Assembly (NCBI GenBank): GCA_048882045.1
Contig: JBHLRZ010000001.1
Coordinates: 32,001-96,000 of the forward strand
Source of the DNA: Candidatus Thorarchaeota archaeon
Lineage (GTDB): Archaea; Asgardarchaeota; Thorarchaeia; Thorarchaeales; Thorarchaeaceae
Length of the DNA: 64,000 bases
Direction of reading: 5' to 3'
Shown in pieces: positions 8,837-18,184 of this stretch (position 1 is its first letter; every line of letters begins with the position of its first letter). The notes under the pieces are model-generated. The model saw only the letters and a list, made by a program, of their open reading frames with translations, was not told the origin of the DNA and ran no database searches. Made by a program: the position numbers and the translations under genes.

Positions 8837-9397
8837 TTATGGTCGATGCCAGACGAACGAGTAGTAGGCAATCTCATGATTTTCCTTTACCGTAGCTATG
8901 ATGAACTTCTTACGAACACTTGTTGCGAGGCGTCCAGCTCTCACAATGTCTAGTGGGACAACTCCTTTCTTCTGGGGAATCACATGCACCAGAAATGGAG
9001 CGTGGTCCTTGCCAGGTCCATGTTCATAGACCGCGAAATCAGTCCCAAACTTCAGACCTGGGCGGACTACATACCCACGTTTTCGCAACTGAGAATATAC
9101 TAGAAACCTGTCTCTGAACTCATCTGAGAGAGTTTCACCGAGATCGAGCAGATTGTCAACAGTGAGTGCTTTTCCAGCCTGATCCATGACACTGATCTTG
9201 TTCTCTTGAGTCAAATATGCGCATTCAACCAATGAGAGTTCCAATGGTTTATCAAAGACTGAAGATTTCGGTTTTCGAATTCCTACTGGCTGACCAAAAT
9301 AACCCTCATCGTACAGTTTCATGCCATGTTCAGAATCCCACACAATTCCTCTGTCCCCCACAAGGCTGGCATGTGCGAGAGGGATTTTAGGATTCAA
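8837..9397 (-). CDS. endA: tRNA-intron endonuclease, catalytic subunit
   Basis: LELSLVECAYL, RGYVVRPGLKFGTDFAVYEHGPGKDHA and RLATSVRK (Tyr-His-Lys triad). Confidence 0.95.
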   Translation of the reverse strand: MNPKIPLAHASLVGDRGIVWDSEHGMKLYDEGYFGQPVGIRKPKSSVFDKPLELSLVECAYLTQENKISVMDQAGKALTVDNLLDLGETLSDEFRDRFLVYSQLRKRGYVVRPGLKFGTDFAVYEHGPGKDHAPFLVHVIPQKKGVVPLDIVRAGRLATSVRKKFIIATVKENHEIAYYSFVWHRP

Positions 9398-9412
9398 ATC
9401 ATGGCACCGGCT

Positions 9413-10078
9413 CTATCTACTGTTTAGTGTTAGTGAGAGTGTACGAATGGTTAAGGCCGCATCCTCACTGAAGTTGGCCATATCCTCGAGCATATTTATG
9501 AAATCTCGAAACCTCAACATTACTGCTATTGGTATTTCTAGAGGATAAAGCAGAGTCACAATCTCACGCTGTACAACATCGATTTCCTTCTCAAGTCTAC
9601 AAATCTCGTCTGCGTGCTTCATGGAGGATTCCATGTTTATTGAAAGAAACCTGACAGCCTCCCTCTGTTGTGAGACCTGAGAAGAAATCAGCTCTCCGAG
9701 CTTTGCTATCTTCTCTTTCAGTTCATCTTCAGGAGTCCATGCACCCACGACAGATGCCAGATGGTAGCAAGCTATCTCAGAACCATCAATCACCTTGTCG
9801 TTGTAGAATACAAGTTTGAGAAGGTCTTCTCTCTGCATCAGGGCGTTTGCTTCAGCAAGTTCATTGAGGATGGTCCGCTTCAATTTGTCACCCACTTCTT
9901 CAAGTTCGGTGATCTTGTTTAGTTCCTTCTCATCAATGGATTTCTTCCCTTCAAGCCAATCGGAGATGGCGTTGCTAACAATCTTGTTTGCAGATACAGC
10001 TTTACGAAAATGTTCATCCAGCATCTGAGTGATGTTGCTTAGTTCAGAGCTCATGAAGCGACCATTATCAAGCACCAT
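9413..10078 (-). CDS. DUF47 / PhoU-like phosphate transport regulator
   Basis: ELEEVGDKLKR, REDLL, LEKEIDVVQRE and LEDMANFSEDAA repeat pattern. Confidence 0.85.
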   Translation of the reverse strand: MVLDNGRFMSSELSNITQMLDEHFRKAVSANKIVSNAISDWLEGKKSIDEKELNKITELEEVGDKLKRTILNELAEANALMQREDLLKLVFYNDKVIDGSEIACYHLASVVGAWTPEDELKEKIAKLGELISSQVSQQREAVRFLSINMESSMKHADEICRLEKEIDVVQREIVTLLYPLEIPIAVMLRFRDFINMLEDMANFSEDAALTIRTLSLTLNSR

Positions 10079-10162
10079 ATTATATTACACCCTATAAGCT
10101 GGAGTCGATTGGAGTAGCTTTTTAATTCTTCTGGACATCCAGCCAGAGGAGGACACAAAGAC

Positions 10163-10951
10163 TTGGAGCTCTGGCAGATTATTGTGGCGATGTTACAGGG
10201 ATTGGTCGAGTGGCTACCAATAAGTAGCGAAGGTCAGGTCGTCCTGTTTCTGTACAACTTCACTCCAGTTCCTTTAGAGGACATTGTTTCTTTGGTTGTA
10301 TGGCTCCATCTTGGTACAGCTCTGGCGGTGATTATCAGATATCCAAGAGTGATTCTCGAGATTCTTAGTCTGAAGGACAGACATCTATTTAGACTCCTAC
10401 TCATTGCTACTCTGAGTACTGCTATAACTGCAGTTCCTTTGTACTTCTTTCTCAGGGACACTCTCATATCATTTGAAATCGTCAATGTATTGGTTGGCGT
10501 ATTGTTGCTGATTACAGCTATTATCCTCTATCTTCCCACTAAGTCTAGAGATGACCACGAGAAAACAGCTAAGGACATAGAAGACCGAGAGGCTGCTTCC
10601 ACAGGACTTGTTCAGGGATTAGCTGTTCTTCCGGGACTCAGCAGATCTGGAGTGACCATTTCAGCACTCCTGATGCAACGGATTGACAAGGAAACAGCCA
10701 TGCGATTCAGCTTTCTGATGAGTGTTCCAGCAGTTCTCGCAATATTCATCCTTGATCTGCTATCTGGAAGGACATTACCACCCACAGTTGGAACTCTTGA
10801 CCTCATTTTGATTGAAGGAATAGTATTCGTTACGGGTCTATTATCAATGGAATTTCTTTTGCGATTGGCACGTAGAATCAGCTTCTGGAAACTATGTTTG
10901 GCTCTAGCCATCATTGCAATCGTGTTCGGGATTCCATCTCTGATTCCTTAG
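10163..10951 (+). CDS. uppP: undecaprenyl-diphosphate phosphatase (BacA/UppP family)
   Basis: QGLVEWLPISSEG, HLGT, PGLSRSGVT and FSFLMSVPA motifs. Confidence 0.93.
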   Translation: MELWQIIVAMLQGLVEWLPISSEGQVVLFLYNFTPVPLEDIVSLVVWLHLGTALAVIIRYPRVILEILSLKDRHLFRLLLIATLSTAITAVPLYFFLRDTLISFEIVNVLVGVLLLITAIILYLPTKSRDDHEKTAKDIEDREAASTGLVQGLAVLPGLSRSGVTISALLMQRIDKETAMRFSFLMSVPAVLAIFILDLLSGRTLPPTVGTLDLILIEGIVFVTGLLSMEFLLRLARRISFWKLCLALAIIAIVFGIPSLIP

Positions 10952-10957
10952 AGACTG

Positions 10958-11677
10958 TTACTCTTCACGTTTCTGGAACATGATAGCTATGGGAGCATTT
11001 GCCTTTCGCCACTCTGCGAGCTTTCCTTCATAGTTGAGGGGAATGGGGTGGCGACCATGGTTTCCGGCAACGATGAAAAGAGTACCGACTCGTGCTTGCT
11101 GATACAGAATCTTGATCCAGTTGTCCGTTCTCCGAACAATCTTCTCCAGTAGTGTCTTAGGAGGTGTTCGATGTCCATATTGTGCATACAGGCTCTCAAA
11201 GTCTAGAAAGTGGAGATATAGCAGATCACTCTTGACGATATGTTTTGTAGCCTCGATATAGGTAGCCATGTCATCACGGGGTTGAACAGTGTACTCTGGA
11301 TCAAACTCACAATGTTCCATGTCTTCTTCCCGGCATATGACTCGTGTTTCCTTCCCATTGTTCTTGATATGTTGAATGAGGTGGAAGTCAGGCCGGTGTC
11401 CTTTCAGGAGTCTTTTGATTAGAGGTAATGCATACGGGTCATTGGTATCAAGAAGTGCTAAGACTTCCATGTTCTTGATCAGTGCTTCTGGTTTATACAC
11501 CACAGCTTCAAAGAGACCAAAATTGTCTATCATTATGATGACTATGGCCTTTGGATCGAACTTCTTGAGCAGCTCCATATTCGGAGCAAAGAGTCCTTCA
11601 GGAACCTCTAGTCCAAGCAATGCTAGAACAGTGGCAGGAAATTCAAGTGCTGTAGTGCGAACCTGTGGAAACGACAT
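10958..11677 (-). CDS. alkaline phosphatase superfamily core protein (degenerate)
   Basis: IVIIMIDNFG, LLYLHFLDFE and IVAGNHG motifs resemble the metal-binding strands of the AlkP/NPP fold. Confidence 0.55.
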   Translation of the reverse strand: MSFPQVRTTALEFPATVLALLGLEVPEGLFAPNMELLKKFDPKAIVIIMIDNFGLFEAVVYKPEALIKNMEVLALLDTNDPYALPLIKRLLKGHRPDFHLIQHIKNNGKETRVICREEDMEHCEFDPEYTVQPRDDMATYIEATKHIVKSDLLYLHFLDFESLYAQYGHRTPPKTLLEKIVRRTDNWIKILYQQARVGTLFIVAGNHGRHPIPLNYEGKLAEWRKANAPIAIMFQKREE

Positions 11678-11733
11678 TCCTCTTCCTCGTAAGGTGTTGT
11701 TTTAACCTACTCATCTACTTAACACTATGGCCT

Positions 11734-12747
11734 ATGGAAGAGTTAAAAAAGTCACCCGAGGGACCACCCCAAAGAGGACAGTTAATGACTCTACGAGATA
11801 TCATTTACAAAGACACAGTAAAGTTCATTCTCTCAGGTGGCAAGGGCGGAGTAGGAAAGACCAGCTCAGCTGGAGCCATGGCGGTCTTGTCTGCAAAACA
11901 TGGTTTTCGAACCCTAGTACTCTCGACCGATCCTGCCCATAGTCTGAGTGATAGCTTTGATCAAGACCTCTCAGGTGGAGACATCATACCAATCGAAGGT
12001 TTTGACAATCTATGGGGAATGGAAATCAATACTGAGAAGGGAGTAGAACAGTTCCAACAGGCCATGGGAGACGGTGCTGTGGGACCCGAAGCTCAAATGG
12101 CAGCAGGACTGATGGGTGACATGACAGGAATGGCACCTCCTGGTTCAGATGAGGCGATGGCCTTTGGTAAGATTCTCGAGTTCATTGAAGACTCCTCATA
12201 TGATAGGGTGATTTTTGACACAGCTCCAACAGGACATACTCTAAAATTGCTTGAGTTACCTGATCTTCTCGATAGCTGGCTTGGAAAGATACTGACTTTG
12301 CGACAGAGATTGAGCTCAATGATGTCAGGACTTCGTGGAATGTTTGGTGGAGGAGACCAGGAAGAAGACTCGTGGAAAATGATTCAGCATACAAAGGACA
12401 AGATCCGTGCTGCCAGAATTGAGTTATCAGATCCAGACACTACGCAGTTTGTCGTAGTAATGATACCTGAAGCGATGGCTGTCTTTGAAACCCAGAGGTT
12501 GCTGACTAGTCTTGGTTCTTGGCACATTCCAGCAACACATCTTATTGTGAACCAACTGGTCCCACCAAACCCAGACTGCAAATTCTGTTCAAAGAGATAC
12601 GAAATGCAACAGACAAACATGAAGGACATTAGAGAACTCTATTCAGACATGGACTTGACAGAGGTACCTCAATTCGATGGAGAAATAAGAGGGTTGGAAG
12701 GTCTTACAAGACTTGGTAAGATTCTGATTGGAGAAGCGGAGGAATAG
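11734..12747 (+). CDS. GET3/TRC40/ArsA family ATPase (single domain, GET3-like)
   Basis: GGKGGVGKTS, STDPAH, DTAPTGHTL, Met-rich insert, C-terminal CKFC. Confidence 0.93.
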   Translation: MEELKKSPEGPPQRGQLMTLRDIIYKDTVKFILSGGKGGVGKTSSAGAMAVLSAKHGFRTLVLSTDPAHSLSDSFDQDLSGGDIIPIEGFDNLWGMEINTEKGVEQFQQAMGDGAVGPEAQMAAGLMGDMTGMAPPGSDEAMAFGKILEFIEDSSYDRVIFDTAPTGHTLKLLELPDLLDSWLGKILTLRQRLSSMMSGLRGMFGGGDQEEDSWKMIQHTKDKIRAARIELSDPDTTQFVVVMIPEAMAVFETQRLLTSLGSWHIPATHLIVNQLVPPNPDCKFCSKRYEMQQTNMKDIRELYSDMDLTEVPQFDGEIRGLEGLTRLGKILIGEAEE

Positions 12748-12749
12748 AT

Positions 12750-12848
12750 ATGAGATATGCAACCAAGAGGAAACTGATGTCGATATGCATGGTCTTATTG
12801 TTCCTGGCTTCATTTGCTATTGCAATATACCTAATTTACAGACCTTGA
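12750..12848 (+). CDS. 32-aa single-TM microprotein (not in ORF track)
   Basis: ATG 2 nt after the GET3 stop, GGAGG upstream; MRYATKRKLMSICMVLLFLASFAIAIYLIYRP. Confidence 0.5.
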   Translation: MRYATKRKLMSICMVLLFLASFAIAIYLIYRP

Positions 12849-12863
12849 TCCAATCAAGTAGAA

Positions 12864-13007
12864 CTAGACGCCTTTTACTCGCTTGACGACTGGTGGGCGT
12901 ATCTTGTAGAGGATTCGACCTCCGCAGTATGGACATTTTACTCCTGGGAGAGTCTTCAGACCTTCAGGTGTAACCTCTCTATGACATTTGTGACATACGT
13001 AAACCAT
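12864..13007 (-). CDS. rpoP: DNA-directed RNA polymerase subunit P (Rpo12)
   Basis: MVYVCHKC..VKCPYCGGRILYKIRPPVVKRVK. Confidence 0.93.
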   Translation of the reverse strand: MVYVCHKCHREVTPEGLKTLPGVKCPYCGGRILYKIRPPVVKRVKGV

Positions 13008-13090
13008 TCCAGCCACCAACTGTTGTCGCGGAGCAGGGCAATATGAAGCTTTTCTTAGGACACATGTAATCTGATTATCGCGACTGTTCT

Positions 13091-13399
13091 TCAAGTTCTT
13101 GGATTCGGAAAGTGGAACTGCCAAACGTCGGCTTCGTCAGATAACTGAGCAGCGATATCTTTAGGTTGTTTAGGATTGAACATCACGATGCTACATTCTT
13201 CACAAAGAAGTCCAATTCTAACTGTTGAGTATGTGAAGGCGCCACAACCAAACAGTGGTTTTCTTCTTTGGAATACAGGACCCCAAGGCCAACTCTTCTT
13301 TGGATTCTCGACCCATTGAACGGAGATCCATCTACCACGCACCTCAATTCCACCCCTTCTGAGAGTATTACCGCAATATGGACATTTGTCAAATTCCAA
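13091..13399 (-). CDS. small Zn-ribbon protein (DUF6487-like)
   Basis: KCPYCGNTLRRG ... LCEECSIVMF pattern. Confidence 0.65.
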   Translation of the reverse strand: MEFDKCPYCGNTLRRGGIEVRGRWISVQWVENPKKSWPWGPVFQRRKPLFGCGAFTYSTVRIGLLCEECSIVMFNPKQPKDIAAQLSDEADVWQFHFPNPRT

Positions 13400-13459
13400 T
13401 ATTCAAACCCCCTTCAAAATTAGCTTGTTACGTAATTAGATAAAGAAATTGACTTGTAG

Positions 13460-15052
13460 TCATTCGATGTCATGCAATATCTCACCAGCAATCAAACCAC
13501 TACTCAAGACTTGAGTGACTCTCACAAAAAGAAATGTGCCAGGAGAAAATCCACCTTGGACCGTCATGAGTGGACCCTCCTCAAGAGGATAGACCATGGT
13601 GAATCCGTGATGGGTCCTTGAGGGCTCAGCAGCGATTCCACGGACAATGTTTCCCACATACTGTTCCTTCTTCTGGCGATTGATCTGCTCAGCCTCCTTC
13701 CGAAGTCTGATTCCATATTCGCTCCTTGTCGAGGACTCAGGGAATTCAGCAAATGCGGATCCAGGCAACGCGCGGAATCCATAGAGGATTATCCTCTCTG
13801 CACCAGCCTCACTCACCTGTCGCATCATCCTGATGGACTCCTTGGTAGTTTCATCATCTTCTCCAGGGAGATCATAGATGAGGTAAACAAATGGTCTCAT
13901 CCCATACTCTCGAGCAATCTTGACTGCACGAATGACATCACCTGAACTTCCGCACTTCCCAATCTGTTTCATGTGATAGTCGGAACCGGTTTCGAGGCCA
14001 ATATTTGGCGAACTGGATATCATTGACTCCTTCAGTGTCTTGGCCACATCCTCGGTGAACAGACATGCCTTCATGTTTTCGATTGCTATGTGCACCCTTC
14101 CCTCCTGTACTTGAGGGATGGAGTTTAGTCCATCGAGAAGTAATCTAATTGCTCTAAGATTCGCAGGTGGACTACATGGATCGGTGAGAGGTTCTGAACC
14201 ACGCATATAGTCTAAAAATCCTGGGGCTTCGAGAACTATTCTATGGACATCAAGGTTCACAAGTTCTCTGACCTCCTTGATGATTGATTCTGTAGACCGA
14301 CTTCGAGGTGGACCCCACGTGCCTGGGACACTGCAGAAACCACATCCAGGTGGTATGGTTTCAGGACAATCCATTCGCAGACTGGCATCTTCAGAGTTAC
14401 AGTTCGAGCAGTCAGTGCACTCTCTACCATCGGGCAATGAGAGGTTGGTCCGCCTGAAGTTTGAACAACCTCTGAGTATCTCGACATACACCTTACTAGC
14501 TTGATATACTGGATAATCCACTATTCGTACTGTTGAAGGAGTGTACTTCTCTGAGAAAACTACAGAGGAGAGCAAAGGACGAGGTCCTGTTACTACATCC
14601 GTGCCAGAATCTGTGAAGGCAATACCAAGGATGTCAGATAGAGGAGCAGAACCACTAAGAAATCCCTGTTTCAAGAGGTCATCAAGTGTGGCTTCCCCTT
14701 CACCCATTACTACAACATCAGGTCGGATCTCTCTGAGAATCCTTTCAGGTTCTGAGGTGATTGGTCCACCGATGATCACTTTGCCCTTTGGTTTCGTTTG
14801 TCGCCATATCTGGACTAGTTTCTGGGTTGCAACCCAATCCATTGTCATAGCACTGACTGCCAAGTGGTCAAACTTACGAAGTAGTCCACGCTTGGCAAGA
14901 AGATCCTCCACTCTATGGATTCTGCTGTCAAGACTGTGTTTTTCAAACACCCCAGCAACCGTACGGGGACCACAGCCAATAGAGTCACGCGAGCTCCTTC
15001 GCTGACCAGTTCCAGCACTTAGTGCATCCACTATCAGAATTCTGGCTGTCAT
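13460..15052 (-). CDS. B12-binding radical SAM protein with C-terminal TRAM-like domain
   Basis: IIGGP, VVMGEGE, EILRGC...GCGFC and GLETGS motifs. Confidence 0.88.
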   Translation of the reverse strand: MTARILIVDALSAGTGQRRSSRDSIGCGPRTVAGVFEKHSLDSRIHRVEDLLAKRGLLRKFDHLAVSAMTMDWVATQKLVQIWRQTKPKGKVIIGGPITSEPERILREIRPDVVVMGEGEATLDDLLKQGFLSGSAPLSDILGIAFTDSGTDVVTGPRPLLSSVVFSEKYTPSTVRIVDYPVYQASKVYVEILRGCSNFRRTNLSLPDGRECTDCSNCNSEDASLRMDCPETIPPGCGFCSVPGTWGPPRSRSTESIIKEVRELVNLDVHRIVLEAPGFLDYMRGSEPLTDPCSPPANLRAIRLLLDGLNSIPQVQEGRVHIAIENMKACLFTEDVAKTLKESMISSSPNIGLETGSDYHMKQIGKCGSSGDVIRAVKIAREYGMRPFVYLIYDLPGEDDETTKESIRMMRQVSEAGAERIILYGFRALPGSAFAEFPESSTRSEYGIRLRKEAEQINRQKKEQYVGNIVRGIAAEPSRTHHGFTMVYPLEEGPLMTVQGGFSPGTFLFVRVTQVLSSGLIAGEILHDIE

Positions 15053-15195
15053 AAGATACCTGAAACATATCCTCAGTGGGTTATTTACTGTTCCTAGAAA
15101 GCGATTTTGCCTTAACTCATAGCACTTATATGGCGCTAGGAACACATCTCAGTCTGGCGATAAGTAAAAGCCAAAACTAAGGAGTAACATGCTAC

Positions 15196-15540
15196 GTGAG
15201 TGACGACGAAGGCGGAATTTGTCCGAACTGTGGATTGCCTCAAGACCTGTGTGTCTGCGAAACGATTGCACAGGAAGAGGCAAGGATTACTGTAACTGTA
15301 GAACGACGAAAATGGGGTCGATTGACGACTGTTGTTGAAGGTTTTGACAAAAACATTGACCTCGGTGATTTGGCCACGAAATTGAAAGGAAAGCTGGCCT
15401 GTGGTGGTGCTGCAAAGCACGGTCATGTGGAGCTTCAAGGAGACCATCGTGGAGTCATCCAAGACGTACTTGCAAAGCTTGGATTTCCGGAAGAGATGGT
15501 CCAAGTTGATTGGTCATTCCAAAGATCAGGAAGAAGATAG
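15196..15540 (+). CDS. sui1: translation initiation factor SUI1/aIF-1
   Basis: CPNCGLPQDLCVC, LKGKLACGG and VELQGDH. Confidence 0.95.
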   Translation: MSDDEGGICPNCGLPQDLCVCETIAQEEARITVTVERRKWGRLTTVVEGFDKNIDLGDLATKLKGKLACGGAAKHGHVELQGDHRGVIQDVLAKLGFPEEMVQVDWSFQRSGRR

Positions 15541-15605
15541 TTGTTCTATAGTCCCTAGTGGATATTAGATTTTCAAGCTGCTACGTCTAGTCATCTTAAG
15601 ATGAA

Positions 15606-16592
15606 TTAACCCAGACTCATCGAATCAATTCCCAGTTTCTTCACTATTTCCTTGTATCTGTTACGAACAGTCACTTCTGTGACTCTAGCTACTTCAGCAA
15701 TCTCTCTCTGAGTCCTTCTCTCGTCCAACATGATTGAAGCTACATAGATAGCAGCTGCCGCCAGACCAAGGGGGTCTCGACCTATTGTGAGACCGATGTC
15801 TCTACTTCTCTGCAGAATCTCAACTGTTCTCAGCTGAACCGGACTCGAGAGTGATAATTGGGATGCAAAACGGGAGATGTAATCAATGGGATTGCTCAGT
15901 GGTATCTTGATGGCCAGACTCCGAGTAAGGAGTCGATAACATTGTCCGAGCTTCTTCTTGTCAACGCGGGACGCATCAGCCACCTCATCAAGAGGACGAG
16001 GTTTTAGTCTGATACGACAGGCAGCATAGAGTGTGGCTGCCACCATAGCTTCGATGGACCTACCCCTAACAAGTTTCTGGATGATCGACTTCCTATACAA
16101 GAGTGCAGCAAGCTCACGAATTGGCCCAGGAATTCCCAGCTGGGAAGCAAGTCGCTCTAGTTCCGACATTGCCTGAGCTAGGTTCCGATCCATACTTGAA
16201 TGAACCCTAGAACGTATCTGCCATTTTCTCAGTCGATAGATCTCAGACCGTCTGGTTGGACTGAGTTTCTTTCCTGATGTGTCCCGGTCTCTCCAATCGA
16301 TGACAGTCGAGAGACCCTTGTCATGCACCGTATAGCGGACAGGTGCACCAACCCTGCTCCGAGCATCACTCTCTTCAGCACTGAAAGCACGCCACTCAGC
16401 ACCAGTATCGATTCGATGGTCTGACAGGACAAGACCACAACCTCCGCACACCCTCTCCCCGCGGGTCAGATCCTCTACAACAGATGAAGATCCACACTCA
16501 GAACAAGCTATATGCTCTATACTTGCATCAGAGATAGTATCCTTTCTATCAGTAGCTCCACGCGCACGGTCCACTGTCTCTCTCTCCTCCAC
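15606..16592 (-). CDS. tfb: transcription initiation factor IIB (TFB), copy 2
   Basis: Zn ribbon, AEWRAF, HDKGLST, RGRSIE, GRDP and EVTVRNRYKE. Confidence 0.97.
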   Translation of the reverse strand: MEERETVDRARGATDRKDTISDASIEHIACSECGSSSVVEDLTRGERVCGGCGLVLSDHRIDTGAEWRAFSAEESDARSRVGAPVRYTVHDKGLSTVIDWRDRDTSGKKLSPTRRSEIYRLRKWQIRSRVHSSMDRNLAQAMSELERLASQLGIPGPIRELAALLYRKSIIQKLVRGRSIEAMVAATLYAACRIRLKPRPLDEVADASRVDKKKLGQCYRLLTRSLAIKIPLSNPIDYISRFASQLSLSSPVQLRTVEILQRSRDIGLTIGRDPLGLAAAAIYVASIMLDERRTQREIAEVARVTEVTVRNRYKEIVKKLGIDSMSLG

Positions 16593-16758
16593 GTGGCTTA
16601 ATCCGGATCAAAACCGCCAGAATTCACTGCCAAGTCATAGTATTTACGACAGTCTCCCGGTAACCCACTAGAAGCCAAGGGGAAAATTTTCTTTTAATTG
16701 TTCTGAATTCAGTCGATGAGGGTTTCAGCGGATTTAGACGCTTGTTTGCAGATGCACA

Positions 16759-17688
16759 TTATGTTGTTCTTTCATGTCCCCGTTCAGTGATGATGACTGT
16801 ATGTTCGTGCTGCGATACTAATTCACCCTTCTCTTCTGCAAGGATGTTGTGACCGAAGAGAGCACCATTCTTCTCGAGTTCTTTGATTGCCATCTCGAGT
16901 GATGCGGGGGACATACGTTCAGCAATCCAACGCTTTGCGAATGGAAACTCCTTGTACTCTTTTCTGGCAATCCCTAAAAACTGCTTTGTCCCCTTGAAAC
17001 GTACCGGTACTCTCACAGGGAGGAGCTGATAGATAAGGGGTCGTGGTAGGTCGGAGATATTCCCAGAACCGGTACTGGCAAAAGTTTCGATAGCATACGC
17101 TTCGCCCTCTTCAACAAGGACCTCAGATTTCCCTGAAACACATGGCACCTGTTTGTCCGCATGCAGCTCATATTCCTTCAACTGATGGCCTGAGAGCTGT
17201 TTGATTGGCTCAAAACCAGCGGATTGTATAGTATCCTCGATCAGCGCTCCAATTGTATTGAGTTTCGCACCTGGACGCATCATCTGGATGGCGACGTTTG
17301 TTGCATCCACCGATGCCTTGACGAGAGATTCATGGTCAGGGTTCAGTGCAATAGTGAAGGCAGTGTCTGCGATGCACCCCTCAACATGAGCGCCACAGTC
17401 AACTGTCACAAGATCTCCTTCCTCGATGACGGTTTCATCATTTAGTGGAGACGTGTAGTGTGCAGCAACATTGTTCAGAGCCACGTTGCACGGAAATGAA
17501 GTGCCAGAAGAGTTCTCACGAATGTAGTCCTCTACTGTGTTGATTATGTCAAGAACTTTAGTCCCAGGCTTTACCATTGGTCGTGCAAGGTCTAGAGCTT
17601 CTCGAGCTACAACTCCTGCTCGACGCCAGTTTTCCCAAGGATCTTCTGACTCATCTTCTGATTTCTCAACGGGCTTATCATCTGCCAC
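16759..17688 (-). CDS. map: methionine aminopeptidase type II
   Basis: FPCN, AAHYT, VDCGAHVEGCIADTA, LSGH, AIETF and SQHEHT; GTG start with GGTGA SD. Confidence 0.95.
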   Translation of the reverse strand: MADDKPVEKSEDESEDPWENWRRAGVVAREALDLARPMVKPGTKVLDIINTVEDYIRENSSGTSFPCNVALNNVAAHYTSPLNDETVIEEGDLVTVDCGAHVEGCIADTAFTIALNPDHESLVKASVDATNVAIQMMRPGAKLNTIGALIEDTIQSAGFEPIKQLSGHQLKEYELHADKQVPCVSGKSEVLVEEGEAYAIETFASTGSGNISDLPRPLIYQLLPVRVPVRFKGTKQFLGIARKEYKEFPFAKRWIAERMSPASLEMAIKELEKNGALFGHNILAEEKGELVSQHEHTVIITERGHERTT

Positions 17689-17740
17689 AGTATCACCAAC
17701 TCTTTGGGCCCTCTTGTGCAAGCAAGATAAAAGTGACGCT

Positions 17741-18136
17741 CTAGGATAGAACCTTCTCAATCTTCTTAGCGATGCGGGTCATCATAAAGAACATGTAACC
17801 GATGTTGGCGCGTTTGTTTGTAAGAGCGGAAAGAATGGCATCGGCTCCAGCATCGCAGATGATGACGTAGCCTGTTTCTCCCTCAATGAGCGTTCGAACT
17901 AATGCCCCACGCTTGAGCTGCTTGAAGACTTTCCGAGTCGCCTCTTGGATTTGAGTGGTACGACCAGCAATGACATCCTCATCAGGAATCCTTGCCTCTT
18001 CCACGCCTTCTGGAATGTGAGTGCAGATTGTAAGGCCCTGTGATTTGGAAATAATCGCGCTTGCCTCTACATTTCCTTGTGATGCGCGACTTAAATCGAT
18101 AAGAAGCTCATTCAACATCTCGGTCTTTGAGGACAA
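17741..18136 (-). CDS. roadblock/LC7 domain protein
   Basis: VEASAIISKSQGLTI...LKRGALVRTLIEGETGYVIICDAGADAILSAL...NIG pattern. Confidence 0.85.
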   Translation of the reverse strand: MSSKTEMLNELLIDLSRASQGNVEASAIISKSQGLTICTHIPEGVEEARIPDEDVIAGRTTQIQEATRKVFKQLKRGALVRTLIEGETGYVIICDAGADAILSALTNKRANIGYMFFMMTRIAKKIEKVLS

Positions 18137-18184
18137 TTTGTTGCACCTCCAAGGCGTCTTTTAGTCAAAAAGGATGTCAAGTAT

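Noticed and set aside
11734-12747. Arsenite efflux ATPase ArsA
   Set aside because: Single domain, GET3-type Met-rich insert and CxxC, no ars genes nearby.
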